From positions 1-64,000 of IMG/VR virus record IMGVR_UViG_3300017963_000190: a DNA stretch of 64,000 nt, one strand, 5' to 3'. Shown here piece after piece: positions 29,654 to 39,015 of this stretch (position 1 is its first letter; the number at the start of each line of letters is the position of its first letter). The position numbers were made by a program, and so were the translations under genes. Below the pieces are notes generated by a model that saw only the letters and a program-made list of their open reading frames with translations, was not told the origin of the DNA and did not search any database.

Positions 29654-29821
29654 CTATCGGGCAGCTGAGGGCATGATCACCAGGTCGTCGGGCAGGTGAT
29701 CCCCGTAGGGATCCATGAGACGGAGCGCTTGTTTCACCGCCTGGCGCTGTCGCTGCTTGAAACGTCGCCGGGCCTTACCCTTCCCGTTGCCATTGTACTC
29801 TTTTCGATTCGTGCGGGCCAT
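29654..29821 (-). CDS. small basic protein (not in ORF track)
   Basis: 55 aa MARTNRKEY..; CCGGAGGTAAG RBS; resembles 20040-20339. Confidence 0.7.
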   Translation of the reverse strand: MARTNRKEYNGNGKGKARRRFKQRQRQAVKQALRLMDPYGDHLPDDLVIMPSAAR

Positions 29822-29847
29822 TTTCTTACCTCCGGTTGGTTGTTTGG

Positions 29848-30033
29848 TTATTTACGGAGCCCTTCTAGCCATTCCCGATCCAGCTCGTCACGGGCCACGG
29901 CCATTTCCAGGAAATCCCGGAAAGCGTCCGGCGCACCTTGGTTGTCGATGTATTCCAGGGCCAGCGCTAGCGCATCCTCACAGGATAACCCATGGTATTC
30001 TGTGTATTGATCCATGATCATTTCGGCGCTCAT
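29848..30033 (-). CDS. hypothetical protein
   Basis: AAGGAG RBS. Confidence 0.7.
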   Translation of the reverse strand: MSAEMIMDQYTEYHGLSCEDALALALEYIDNQGAPDAFRDFLEMAVARDELDREWLEGLRK

Positions 30034-30038
30034 AGCCT

Positions 30039-30299
30039 TTACTCCTTATCCACCGTTAGTGCCAGCGCCACTTCGCGGCCGTAGCCGGTGAGCCGCATCT
30101 TGATCGGGCCAAAGCTGCCCTCTTTGCGGTGGGCCAGGCCGTTGTTCACCAGGAAATCCGCCTGGTACTCTGCCAGCTCGTGGTGCGAGTAGAAAAACGC
30201 GGGCTTGCACGCGCGCTCATACTCGCCCATTTCCCGCAGGACCTTTGCCGCCGCGGTATTGCAGATCTCGTTGGCCAGTTTCGTTGCTGCCTTGCTCAT
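30039..30299 (-). CDS. hypothetical protein (possible winged helix)
   Basis: LVNNGL..LTGYG. Confidence 0.75.
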   Translation of the reverse strand: MSKAATKLANEICNTAAAKVLREMGEYERACKPAFFYSHHELAEYQADFLVNNGLAHRKEGSFGPIKMRLTGYGREVALALTVDKE

Positions 30300-30360
30300 T
30301 TGCTTTGCCTCCGGTTGAACGTACCAAGAATATAATCACCCTTGATACGTTGTCAATGGG

Positions 30361-30735
30361 CTAGTAGGGCGTATTCTCGAAAACCTCGGGGCCGCCGTCC
30401 GAATCCAAGCTGATGGCCCCTGGAGCCACCGCCCGCGCCAGGGCGAGAATGGAGACCACGACGGCATCGTAGGGGCGATAGGCTGTCTTGCAGAACGAGA
30501 ATCCCGACCCCTCACGTTCCAGGCAGAACGTCTCGTAATCGTCATCCTCTGCCCCGTTGAGCCAGATCTTGTCTTTGGATACCTCCGGCTTGGATCCACT
30601 ATTGGCCAAGCCATCGGCCAGCTTGATCCTGTCATTCCCGGCGGCCTCGATGACATACTTGGCGCCGTCCATGATGCGCGTCCACTGCTTTTCGGTGAAA
30701 GGCTTGCTCTGTTCCCAGTAATGTGTGTAACCCAT
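30361..30735 (-). CDS. conserved phage protein (MGYTHYW family)
   Basis: MGYTHYW..FCKT..PYD..SDG. Confidence 0.8.
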   Translation of the reverse strand: MGYTHYWEQSKPFTEKQWTRIMDGAKYVIEAAGNDRIKLADGLANSGSKPEVSKDKIWLNGAEDDDYETFCLEREGSGFSFCKTAYRPYDAVVVSILALARAVAPGAISLDSDGGPEVFENTPY

Positions 30736-30900
30736 TTGCTTGTCTCCGGTTGGTTAGGGTTTCTTGCTTCGTGTGTAAAAGATAAGTCGCTTTGTTACGA
30801 TGTCAATATAGACAAGCGCAAAAAGAAAAACAAATAAAACGCACGCAGGAGGTTGACCGAGCTCGAAAGATGGTAACGCGTGAGGGTTAAACCTAGGTAG

Positions 30901-30996
30901 GAAAGTGAGCAGCCGAGCAAGCGACCTTCCCGGTATGCCCTAGGCTGTGCACCGCTAAGGGCTGCGTGGGGTCGGCGGATTGCTCGGTCTACTCTA
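30901..30996 (-). ncRNA. putative rod-like small RNA
   Basis: own promoter at 31003-31030, no ORF or RBS, terminal stem GAGTAGACCGAGCAA / TTGCTCGGCTGCTC. Confidence 0.55.
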
Positions 30997-31033
30997 ACCG
31001 TTATGATAAGCGGTTATTATACGTTGTCAAGTT

Positions 31034-31453
31034 TTACAGATACCCCAGGGCACGCCCCCACCGCTTCACACCGTGGTGCTCCGCCTTGGGAATGCAGTCG
31101 GCGATAGCTTCGGCGATGGCCATACCGCGATCCTGGGCGACCTTGACGCGCTCGTTATCGTACCCGTCGCTTTCCGCGTCCAAGTAGAACGTGGCGCTAA
31201 AGGGCATACACTGATGTTCACCCCGAGGGGAACACAGGAAAGCAGCCAGACGCCACGCGTAATAGATGAGCCCTTGACGGTTGCGCTTGTCCTTGGCCAC
31301 CTTGTAGGGCTGCTTAGGGCTGGACGCGCGCAGACGGCCCTTGTTCTTCCCACGGGATACCAAAGCCCCCTGGGCAATGAAGAAATCCTCGGCGCTCAGC
31401 TTGGCCCTGAGGGCTTCCACGTTGACCATTGGCATTTGACTGGTGAAATACAT
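31034..31453 (-). CDS. hypothetical protein
   Basis: CCGGAGGTAG RBS. Confidence 0.8.
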   Translation of the reverse strand: MYFTSQMPMVNVEALRAKLSAEDFFIAQGALVSRGKNKGRLRASSPKQPYKVAKDKRNRQGLIYYAWRLAAFLCSPRGEHQCMPFSATFYLDAESDGYDNERVKVAQDRGMAIAEAIADCIPKAEHHGVKRWGRALGYL

Positions 31454-31633
31454 CTGGCTACCTCCGGTTTAGCGGGGTTGGTTTAGTTTCTCCCGCTGTG
31501 AAAACAAATATAAGCACGCTTGATACGGTGTCAATATGGACAAGCGAAAAAGAAAAAAGAAATAAAGCGCACGATGCCCCTTGCCAAATTCGTTTTCGTG
31601 GTAACGCGTGAAGGTTAAACCCTACCCGCAGAC

Positions 31634-31706
31634 AAAAACGGACCGGCTAGCGTAACTGCCACGGGGCAAGGAATAGGACCCCGCTTGAAACCGCTAGCCG
31701 GTCCGT
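31634..31706 (-). terminator. intrinsic terminator with large structured loop
   Basis: 15-bp stem ACGGACCGGCTAGCG plus U-tract. Confidence 0.65.
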
Positions 31707-31715
31707 GCGCGCTTT

Positions 31716-31979
31716 TTAGAGCGCCTTGGCTGTGGCGCTTTCCAGCTCCACCAAGTCTGCCATGACGGCTTCCGAGTCGCCCCCGAAACCGGAGATGGTA
31801 ACCCAGCCACCCTTGCCCCGGAGCACCCAGCACCCGTTACGGGTTACCTCGGGCGTGCCCCCGTGGTATCTGTCATTGGGCCGCAAGAGGGCGTCGATCA
31901 GCTCCCGCTTGGCCTGGACCTTCACGGCCGTGTCCGAGATAACGGTGAATTTGACTTCGTTGGTTGTCGTGGTGGCCAT
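31716..31979 (-). CDS. hypothetical protein
   Basis: CCGGAGGTAAG RBS. Confidence 0.8.
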   Translation of the reverse strand: MATTTTNEVKFTVISDTAVKVQAKRELIDALLRPNDRYHGGTPEVTRNGCWVLRGKGGWVTISGFGGDSEAVMADLVELESATAKAL

Positions 31980-32165
31980 TGTCTTACCTCCGGCGGGGCT
32001 GGTTGGTTTATTTTCTCCCGCGTTAGATACAAGATAAACACTATTGACAACGTAACAAGGGGCAAAAGGAAGAAAATCGAAAATAGTTTTTACGAAAAAG
32101 TGACCTGTAAGACTTGACGCGATGGATTTAATGGTAACGCGTGAGGGTTTAACCCTTTATGGGGT

Positions 32166-32285
32166 GGGCTCGCGGGGTGCGCGGATCCCCTTCTACGGTG
32201 TTAGTCCTGTAAGAGCGTGGATTAGGGATCCGTTGGGGTGGATCTAGTAACGGATCCCCATTTTGTATAGAGCCGGGGTGGCCCT
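32166..32285. repeat. ~120-bp GGATCC-rich intergenic element, copy 1
   Basis: ends near-identical to 35005-35123. Confidence 0.8.
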
Positions 32286-32296
32286 AGTAGAGCGGA

Positions 32297-32944
32297 TTAA
32301 AGCTCCGACAAGGGGGGATCTTCGTCGGGGTTGTCCTTTTCCCACTGCTCGCGCGCCATTTGGGATCTATGTTGCGCCATGACGTGGTGCTCCCCCTTGG
32401 AGATCAGATAGCGACGCAGCCGTTCTGTCCTGCAATCCAAGCAATCGCAGTCAATCTCTTCCCATAAGCTGAATTCCTCACTGTAGCGATCCAGCTCCCC
32501 TTGTTCCAGCGTTAGGGAGTTGAGGGGGATTGAGGTATCAGCGTAATAGGCTGAGAAAAACAGGTATTGCTTCGTGACACACAGCCGGGGCATTTCGGTC
32601 CTGATGTTTTCGTCGCCAGTGCATGCTTCGGTGATGGCATTGTACAGTTTGGGATCCTCATCTTGATCTACAACGAAGGTCTCGTGCTCCAAGAGGGCAT
32701 CCATTAGACGCTCCGGGATACTACCGGCCATTGGGTGAAACCACATGGCCTCTGTGTCGACCAATTCGATCAGCTGGATCCCCGGCGCCGCTTCCTGGGC
32801 GCGCTCGAAAGCTCCCAGGGCTTCCTGCAATCGGTTGGCGATGATGGGATCCCAGCGGATCACACAGGCTAGGGGATCTGCAGCGTCGCCTTGACCCAGC
32901 TCGTTAGCGTAGATCACCAGGTACTTGTTCATAGTGGCGGTCAT
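32297..32944 (-). CDS. hypothetical protein (paralogue of 46723-47199)
   Basis: NKYLV.YA.ELG..PLACV..MP.L..T..SAYY. Confidence 0.8.
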   Translation of the reverse strand: MTATMNKYLVIYANELGQGDAADPLACVIRWDPIIANRLQEALGAFERAQEAAPGIQLIELVDTEAMWFHPMAGSIPERLMDALLEHETFVVDQDEDPKLYNAITEACTGDENIRTEMPRLCVTKQYLFFSAYYADTSIPLNSLTLEQGELDRYSEEFSLWEEIDCDCLDCRTERLRRYLISKGEHHVMAQHRSQMAREQWEKDNPDEDPPLSEL

Positions 32945-32954
32945 GGTTGATCTC

Positions 32955-33473
32955 CTAGGCGGCTTTGGCCGGTTTCCATTTCTTGGGGATGCGCCCCTCG
33001 AAAATCATTTTGTCCTGGGGCTTCGTGGTGAGCTTATCCCAGAGCTTGCGGTTTTCGGTAGTGTCCCCAGGGGTCTCGTAGGCTTCAACGGCGCCGTCGC
33101 GGATCACATAGGCATATGCAATATCCGCATTGATCCAGGGGTGGATACAGAATCCCAGAAAATCGTTGCCGTTGGTATCGAAGATCTGCTTAATGTAGGT
33201 GCTCTTGGGCATGCTTGGATTGTTCTCTTCGTAGGCCCGCTCTTTTTCCGCGTAGGCCAGGCGATCCTCTGCAGCTCTTTGCACCAGGAACACTAGCAGC
33301 TGGGCGGCGTAATGACCGATGTCAAAATAGCCGCGGCGCTCCCGATACAGCTTGGAGAACTCGGCGATCAGTGGCACCATTTCCTCAGGGTAGCCGTCGC
33401 TGTGGATGTACAGATACACAGGGGTATCCAAGGACATGGTCTCTTCAATGATGATGTTGGCTCGCGTACCCAT
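32955..33473 (-). CDS. conserved phage protein (HxDGYP family)
   Basis: MGTRANI..YIHSDGYP. Confidence 0.8.
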   Translation of the reverse strand: MGTRANIIIEETMSLDTPVYLYIHSDGYPEEMVPLIAEFSKLYRERRGYFDIGHYAAQLLVFLVQRAAEDRLAYAEKERAYEENNPSMPKSTYIKQIFDTNGNDFLGFCIHPWINADIAYAYVIRDGAVEAYETPGDTTENRKLWDKLTTKPQDKMIFEGRIPKKWKPAKAA

Positions 33474-33571
33474 GGCTTCTACCTCCGGTTGCTTGCGGGG
33501 TGGTTTGTGTCCCGCGTTAGATACAAGATAAGTCGCTTTGATACGCTGTCAAGTTTGACGCGCAACAAAAA

Positions 33572-34309
33572 TCATTTTTCTCGGTTACTGTAGCAACGCG
33601 GGCAGTGCCAGCCTTCCTTGTGAGGGGTAAAGGTATGGTTGTCTCCTGTGGTCCCGCAGGTATCGCACGTAAGCGTTGCCAGCTCCCGCCACTCGTGATA
33701 GCATATCTCGCATGCTACGGTGACTGTGCCGTACTCTCGGGGCCTATCAGACAGCATACAGTCATGTTCTGCGCCGCACTTGGGGCAGTTGACTTGTGGG
33801 TCCTTGGTAAGCTCCGCCGCTTCCATGATATGGGTAAGGAGTCGGGAGTTAATTGGACCGGCTACCATACGCTTACCTGATTTGTGGGTGGCGGTGTAGG
33901 CTATGCGCCCCAAGAGTAAAGTGTGGGAGACTTCTACTGCGTAGCTCTCCATGGATATCACAGCGCCACCGGCTTTAATGCGCACTTGGCTTTGCGCGAG
34001 GATATGCTTGCCCTCGGGGGTGTTGGGATCAATTTCCACGGGGCCGTCAAGGTCCGTAACGGATTTAACGATGGGTTTTACCCCTGGCACGTTTTCATCT
34101 AGGGAGTAGAGATCAATCCACGTCGCCCAATTGTCGGTAAACACCAAACGTTCTAGGGAATGGTGCTCGTGTAGTGAGCTGTGCAGAAAAGAGATCCGCT
34201 CTAGCAGCTCGTGTGCATACTTCGGCACCATATGAACTAGCACCGCTGGTCCGTATTGCAGCCCGTAATAGTCACCAGGCAGTAGTAGGATCGTGGTGGG
34301 GTCAGGCAT
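33572..34309 (-). CDS. hypothetical protein with C-terminal Zn module
   Basis: N-terminus similar to 34302-34817, C-terminus similar to 37899-38504. Confidence 0.8.
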   Translation of the reverse strand: MPDPTTILLLPGDYYGLQYGPAVLVHMVPKYAHELLERISFLHSSLHEHHSLERLVFTDNWATWIDLYSLDENVPGVKPIVKSVTDLDGPVEIDPNTPEGKHILAQSQVRIKAGGAVISMESYAVEVSHTLLLGRIAYTATHKSGKRMVAGPINSRLLTHIMEAAELTKDPQVNCPKCGAEHDCMLSDRPREYGTVTVACEICYHEWRELATLTCDTCGTTGDNHTFTPHKEGWHCPRCYSNREK

Positions 34310-34817
34310 CGCTCTTATCTCCGGTAGCAGTGGCTTGCTCTAGCAGCCACGCGGGCCGTAGGGCTTCGGTCTCCAGGTGCCTATCGCCCAAGTTTGCGCT
34401 GTAATACACGTAACCAGGGGAAATAGGGCTAGCGTAGACCTTCGCGCGGTTACCGTCTGCTTTTAACGCAGCTCCCCCGTGGTCTGTGCGCTCCCGGCTT
34501 TGCTTGATGACGTGTTCGCCTGCGGTAGTGGTGGGGTCTACGCGTACACAGTAGTCGCGGTCGCCCTCTGGGTCCATGTCCACAACCCCCGGGATGTTAT
34601 AGTCCAGGGAGTTAAGGTCAACCCATACCCCTTGATTCTCGTAGTAGGCCATACTCGATAGACCATTGTCCTCTAAACTGCGGAAGATATCCACGCGGTT
34701 TAGCAGCTGCTTTGCATACTCCGAGTCAAATTCGAGGAGCAATGCAGGGGACTCGTTGCCAGTGTTGGGAGTAACGCTCGCATGCACTAGCAGATAGGTG
34801 GTTTTCTTGCGTGGCAT
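34302..34817 (-). CDS. hypothetical protein
   Basis: paralogue of neighbour (W.DL.SLD.N.PGV). Confidence 0.8.
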   Translation of the reverse strand: MPRKKTTYLLVHASVTPNTGNESPALLLEFDSEYAKQLLNRVDIFRSLEDNGLSSMAYYENQGVWVDLNSLDYNIPGVVDMDPEGDRDYCVRVDPTTTAGEHVIKQSRERTDHGGAALKADGNRAKVYASPISPGYVYYSANLGDRHLETEALRPAWLLEQATATGDKSDA

Positions 34818-35004
34818 TCTTACCTCCGGTTGCGGCGATTAGTTTCTCCCGCCGTGCAAATAGTTTAAGCACTATTGACAGCGAGTCAAGGCGGCTTAGC
34901 AAGAAAATCGAAAAAGAATCGAAAGAAAATACGTAAAAATAGACGCCAGGGGTTGACGGGGACGAAAAGATGGTAACACGTGGGGTTAAACCCTTCAGGA
35001 CCAG

Positions 35005-35123
35005 GGGCTCGCGGGGTGCGCGGATCCCCTTCCACGGTGTTAGTCCTGTAAACGGATCTAGTGGCGGGCTAGGGGATCCATTTTAGCTCGGATCCCCATT
35101 TTGTATAGAGCCGGGGTGGCCCT
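35005..35123. repeat. ~120-bp GGATCC-rich intergenic element, copy 2
   Basis: see 32166-32285. Confidence 0.8.
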
Positions 35124-35129
35124 TGGGGA

Positions 35130-35531
35130 TCAATAGCTAGTGCCGTAAGCAGCGAAATCCTCACAGTCCAGCTTTTCGCCACGTAGGATCTGCTCTAGCA
35201 CCTCGATTATGCGTTTCTCGTCATCACTGTAGCCCGCAATACCCTGGCTAAGCTTAGCCATGATCTTGTAGTACCGCAGATTGTTGACCAGCGTGGCCAT
35301 GATATCGTCCGAGCACGCTTTCATCAGCTCGTTGGTACGCTCGAAGTGCTCCAGCTCGTTCTGCAAGGGCCGTAGGCGTTCTACCACGTCACTTACGCCC
35401 GCGTGATAGCCCTTATCGAGGTAGCGACTGTGCTTTTCGGTGCTAGGGAACAAGGAACGGCCTCGCTTGTAGCAGCCCCTAACCACGTCCCGGAGTTGCT
35501 CAGTCAATGATTTCTCGTTGTCGGTTGTCAT
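35130..35531 (-). CDS. hypothetical protein (tandem paralogue)
   Basis: EHFERT..ACSDDI.ATLVNNL shared with next gene. Confidence 0.8.
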   Translation of the reverse strand: MTTDNEKSLTEQLRDVVRGCYKRGRSLFPSTEKHSRYLDKGYHAGVSDVVERLRPLQNELEHFERTNELMKACSDDIMATLVNNLRYYKIMAKLSQGIAGYSDDEKRIIEVLEQILRGEKLDCEDFAAYGTSY

Positions 35532-35541
35532 GATGGATCTC

Positions 35542-35928
35542 CTAAAGCCTAAACTCGTATTTCTCGCCCTTCAAACAATCCTCAAGGGCTTTGATAGCAC
35601 AGTCGGTGCCGTAGGTGGGCTCACCTTCACAGCTGAGGACCGAGCGAGTGTTGCGGTACACCTTCAGATTGTTGACCAGGGTGGCCACGATATCATCCGA
35701 GCAGGCCGCTAGCACGTTGTCTGTGCGCTCGAAATGCTCCACGTCTTGACGTAGGGGCAGGAGCTTATCCGCCACGTGACGCACGCCGCACATAAAGCCC
35801 AGCTTGTACTCCCGGCTAGCGGTTTCCAGGCCGCCGCCGTTGAAGGTGCGGGCGAGTTGGTTAGCGTACTGAATAACGCCTAGGAGACGAGCGGACAGGG
35901 AATCGGGTTTGCGTTGTGTGTTGGCCAT
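35542..35928 (-). CDS. hypothetical protein (tandem paralogue)
   Basis: same motif as 35130-35531. Confidence 0.8.
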   Translation of the reverse strand: MANTQRKPDSLSARLLGVIQYANQLARTFNGGGLETASREYKLGFMCGVRHVADKLLPLRQDVEHFERTDNVLAACSDDIVATLVNNLKVYRNTRSVLSCEGEPTYGTDCAIKALEDCLKGEKYEFRL

Positions 35929-35944
35929 TGATCTTTCCTCCGGT

Positions 35945-36175
35945 TTAGGCGAGCACTGCCATAGCAGCGTTTACACCGTCCACATAGGGATCACTATCCA
36001 CGTCAATTCCGGCGCAGGCGTGAGCCAGGATCATGGACACAACGGCTTCCACGCCTTCGTTGTGTCGCGAGATATCGAGCACCTTGGGCAGCTTCACAGA
36101 TCCAGCCCCGGTGTCCGTGTCGGCTTCCACGATGATATCGCCGAAGGGCGTGGAAATTATCATTGTCTTTTGCAT
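35945..36175 (-). CDS. hypothetical protein
   Basis: ILAHACAGIDV motif; consensus RBS. Confidence 0.8.
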   Translation of the reverse strand: MQKTMIISTPFGDIIVEADTDTGAGSVKLPKVLDISRHNEGVEAVVSMILAHACAGIDVDSDPYVDGVNAAMAVLA

Positions 36176-36268
36176 GGCTTGTTACCTCCGGTTGCGGCGG
36201 GGTGGTTTATCTCGCTTTCGCGGCCCGCTGTGCAACAAACATAAGTCGCTTTGATACGGTGTCAAGTC

Positions 36269-36865
36269 TTACGCGCAAGAAAAAGCGAAATGGGTTTGGG
36301 GATCCGAAAGCTCCGCCTCTTCCATGGCTTCCTTGACTACCTCTGGATCTACTTCGCCGTAGAATCCCCAGCAGGAGTCAACGATCTCGCCGTCGCGTTC
36401 GATCTGGTAGCCGTAGACGTTCCCTTGCAGGTAATCGTCCAGGAGCTTGACGGTGGATCTCATGATCTCTTCTAGGAAGCGCCTACGCTTGGCGCTGATT
36501 TTTTCCCACTGATAGATTTGACGCGCTTCCCTACAGGTAATGAAGATCCACCCGATCTGGCCGCTATCCCAAGGGCAACCGAAACCCGTGGTATTAACGG
36601 ACAAGCCGGAGTGATCTATCATGTAGATCGGCAACCGGACCACGGGGTGGGATTTACAGTAATCCTCGAAGTCATGGGGAGTAGCGAAGTCGTTGCAATT
36701 TCCGAAGTCATAGCCACGATGCCACATAACCACGCGCACGTCGTGATCCCATTCCTGGATCGGGTTTTCCGCATAGCCTGGATCGTCCAGCATGAATTTG
36801 ATTGTGGCTCCACAGTGAGTGAAGGGCTTGAAGGGATTCGCTAAGATTGCTTCCATCGTATTCAT
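36269..36865 (-). CDS. conserved phage protein
   Basis: LPIYMIDHSG..WDSGQIG..DSCWGFYG. Confidence 0.85.
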   Translation of the reverse strand: MNTMEAILANPFKPFTHCGATIKFMLDDPGYAENPIQEWDHDVRVVMWHRGYDFGNCNDFATPHDFEDYCKSHPVVRLPIYMIDHSGLSVNTTGFGCPWDSGQIGWIFITCREARQIYQWEKISAKRRRFLEEIMRSTVKLLDDYLQGNVYGYQIERDGEIVDSCWGFYGEVDPEVVKEAMEEAELSDPQTHFAFSCA

Positions 36866-36881
36866 GATTGTTACCTCCGGC

Positions 36882-37088
36882 TTAGTCTTCGTTGCGGCTG
36901 TTCATAGCGCCCAGAATAGCGCCCATGACGCCTTCGGGATCCTCGGCCCATTCCTGGGAATCCCAGTAGGCCACCTCGCCCACAATTGGATCCACAATGC
37001 GCACGTAAGCACACGGTTCTGGATACGACGGGCACCGCAGTTCTGCACCCGTTTCGAGGGGGATCTTGGTTTCGTTGCTACTTGGCAT
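36882..37088 (-). CDS. hypothetical protein
   Basis: EVAYWDSQEWAEDP; consensus RBS. Confidence 0.8.
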   Translation of the reverse strand: MPSSNETKIPLETGAELRCPSYPEPCAYVRIVDPIVGEVAYWDSQEWAEDPEGVMGAILGAMNSRNED

Positions 37089-37271
37089 GGCTCTTACCTC
37101 CGGTTAGCGGGGGTTGGTTTCTCCCGCCGTGCAACTAACATAAGCACTATTGACAGCGTAACAAGGGGCGCAACGAAAATAAATAAAAATAGTTTAGGGG
37201 TTGACGGCCCGCGGATCGTGGTAACGCGTGACGGTTTAACCGTGGCCGGAGCGGGGCCGTAGCCCCAGGGC

Positions 37272-37574
37272 TTACCAGTCGAACACGGGGAGCTGCACAG
37301 CCTGGGGCACCGTTGCGTCAAAACGGACAAACGAGCACCCTTCGTCGAAGGCTAGACCGATGATCTCACAAAATGAATCGCTGAACCCAGCGCTGCGCAG
37401 ATCTGCTAAGCGCTCAGCAATGCTCTGCCCCGGGCAGTTGATCTGTACCAGCCACCCCGCGCGTTCGATAGGATAGACCAGCACCCACCCTTTCAACTCC
37501 TGCATTAACTGTTGATCTTCCCGGGTGTGGTGCGATGGGGACACTCGCATAGTGGTTTCTATTCGTGGGAACAT
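37272..37574 (-). CDS. hypothetical protein
   Basis: paralogue of the C-terminus of 37899-38504. Confidence 0.75.
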   Translation of the reverse strand: MFPRIETTMRVSPSHHTREDQQLMQELKGWVLVYPIERAGWLVQINCPGQSIAERLADLRSAGFSDSFCEIIGLAFDEGCSFVRFDATVPQAVQLPVFDW

Positions 37575-37587
37575 AGATCACCTCCGA

Positions 37588-37809
37588 CTAGGGCTTGAAA
37601 GCTGTGTCGTTGGCTTCTAGCCACTTCAGGAATTCCGGTGGATACTCCAGGCCACCCGAGCCTATCTCAGCGTCCCGCACCGCCGCCTGGATACGCCCCA
37701 AGTATTTGAAGGGCAAGCGGTAAGTGTAGTAATTGGAAGGCGCTTTGGAGCGCTTGAGTTTCCACACGCCGGTCTGGGGCGTGAAGTACAGGTGCTCGTT
37801 TTTAGACAT
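37588..37809 (-). CDS. hypothetical protein
   Basis: start MSKNEH behind consensus RBS. Confidence 0.75.
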   Translation of the reverse strand: MSKNEHLYFTPQTGVWKLKRSKAPSNYYTYRLPFKYLGRIQAAVRDAEIGSGGLEYPPEFLKWLEANDTAFKP

Positions 37810-37898
37810 TGGCTTTACCTCCGGTTGGCGTTGGTTTTCTTGCGCCGTTAGATACAAGGTAATCATCCTTGTTACGGTGTCAATAGGCAGATTGACTT

Positions 37899-38504
37899 TT
37901 ACCAGTTATACGTGGGGAATCCGTCAAGCACGGTGGCGTCGCAGTCGAAACGAACGTGCGTACACTGGTTTTTGTGCGCCGCTTCCAGGATGTTGCGAAA
38001 GGCTTTGCTGAAACCGTAGTGTTTAAGGGTCTCCAGGTATTCGTCCAAACCCACCTGGGGCACGTAGACAATGTGCCCCTCACCCAGAAACGTTGCCACG
38101 TCCGGGTTATCGTCCATCAGCTCGTTGTCCAGCTCGCTATGGTGGGCGGTGGAAATGGTGAGTACCCGGGTAATGCAGTCCTGGATCGTGGACCCTTCGG
38201 GCTTGTAGGGCTTGTTACGCTTGGAGTAGCAGCATTCACCGTACCATTGGCCATCGTGGGGAGTAGCGGAGTGAGTAGGCGCCGGCTTACCACAACGGCA
38301 ACAGGTGATCTCCAAGGGCTCTTTCCACTCGTGATGGCAGATCTCACAATCTAGCACGATGTAATCCTTGCCCACAAAACCATCCCACAGGATACACTCG
38401 TATTCCACCCCGCACTTGGGGCAGTTGGCTTGGGGATCCATCATTTCCAGCTCGTCTTCGATCTCCTGGATTACTTCCTGCGTGGTCTTTTGATCGGTCG
38501 TCAT
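37899..38504 (-). CDS. Zn-module fusion protein
   Basis: start MTTDQK; LTISTAH..VRFDCDA. Confidence 0.8.
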   Translation of the reverse strand: MTTDQKTTQEVIQEIEDELEMMDPQANCPKCGVEYECILWDGFVGKDYIVLDCEICHHEWKEPLEITCCRCGKPAPTHSATPHDGQWYGECCYSKRNKPYKPEGSTIQDCITRVLTISTAHHSELDNELMDDNPDVATFLGEGHIVYVPQVGLDEYLETLKHYGFSKAFRNILEAAHKNQCTHVRFDCDATVLDGFPTYNW

Positions 38505-38675
38505 TGGCTTTACCTCCGGTTGGCGTTGGTTTCTTCCGCCGTGCAAATAAGATAAGTCGCTTTGATACGGTGTCAAGTCTTACGCGCAGAAAATAAAAAC
38601 AAATAAAAGCACGGTGGCCCCTTGACCGAGCTCGGATCGTGGTAACGCGTGAGGGTTTAACCCATGGTGCGGAAG

Positions 38676-38730
38676 AAAAAGCCCCCGGTGACCTTTGCAG
38701 CGGGTAACCACTCCCGCTAGTCACCGGGGG
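38676..38730 (-). terminator. intrinsic terminator with branched loop
   Basis: 11-bp stem CCCCCGGTGAC plus U-tract. Confidence 0.65.
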
Positions 38731-38745
38731 ACCGGAGATTACTTG

Positions 38746-39015
38746 TTAACCGTCGTCGCTAACGCGACAGAGTATCAGCTCGTCTAGCCTACCCTCGGCT
38801 TCCATCGCATCCATAAGCGCCCAGGGTACTTGTTTGTAGTGACCGCAAGGGCCGCGTTTAGGCGTGAGCCATACGATACCGTGCCAAAGGTGCGGCCGAG
38901 CACAGCAGCCGTTGTAACCGTACTTGCCCATGGGCTGCAAGTCTTCGCGCATATCCGCGATCGGTAGGAAGTGGATACACGTTGGGCAGTGCTTGTCAAT
39001 CTTGACGCTAGGCAT
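38746..39015 (-). CDS. Cys-rich hypothetical protein
   Basis: CPTCIHF..GCC..C. Confidence 0.7.
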   Translation of the reverse strand: MPSVKIDKHCPTCIHFLPIADMREDLQPMGKYGYNGCCARPHLWHGIVWLTPKRGPCGHYKQVPWALMDAMEAEGRLDELILCRVSDDG

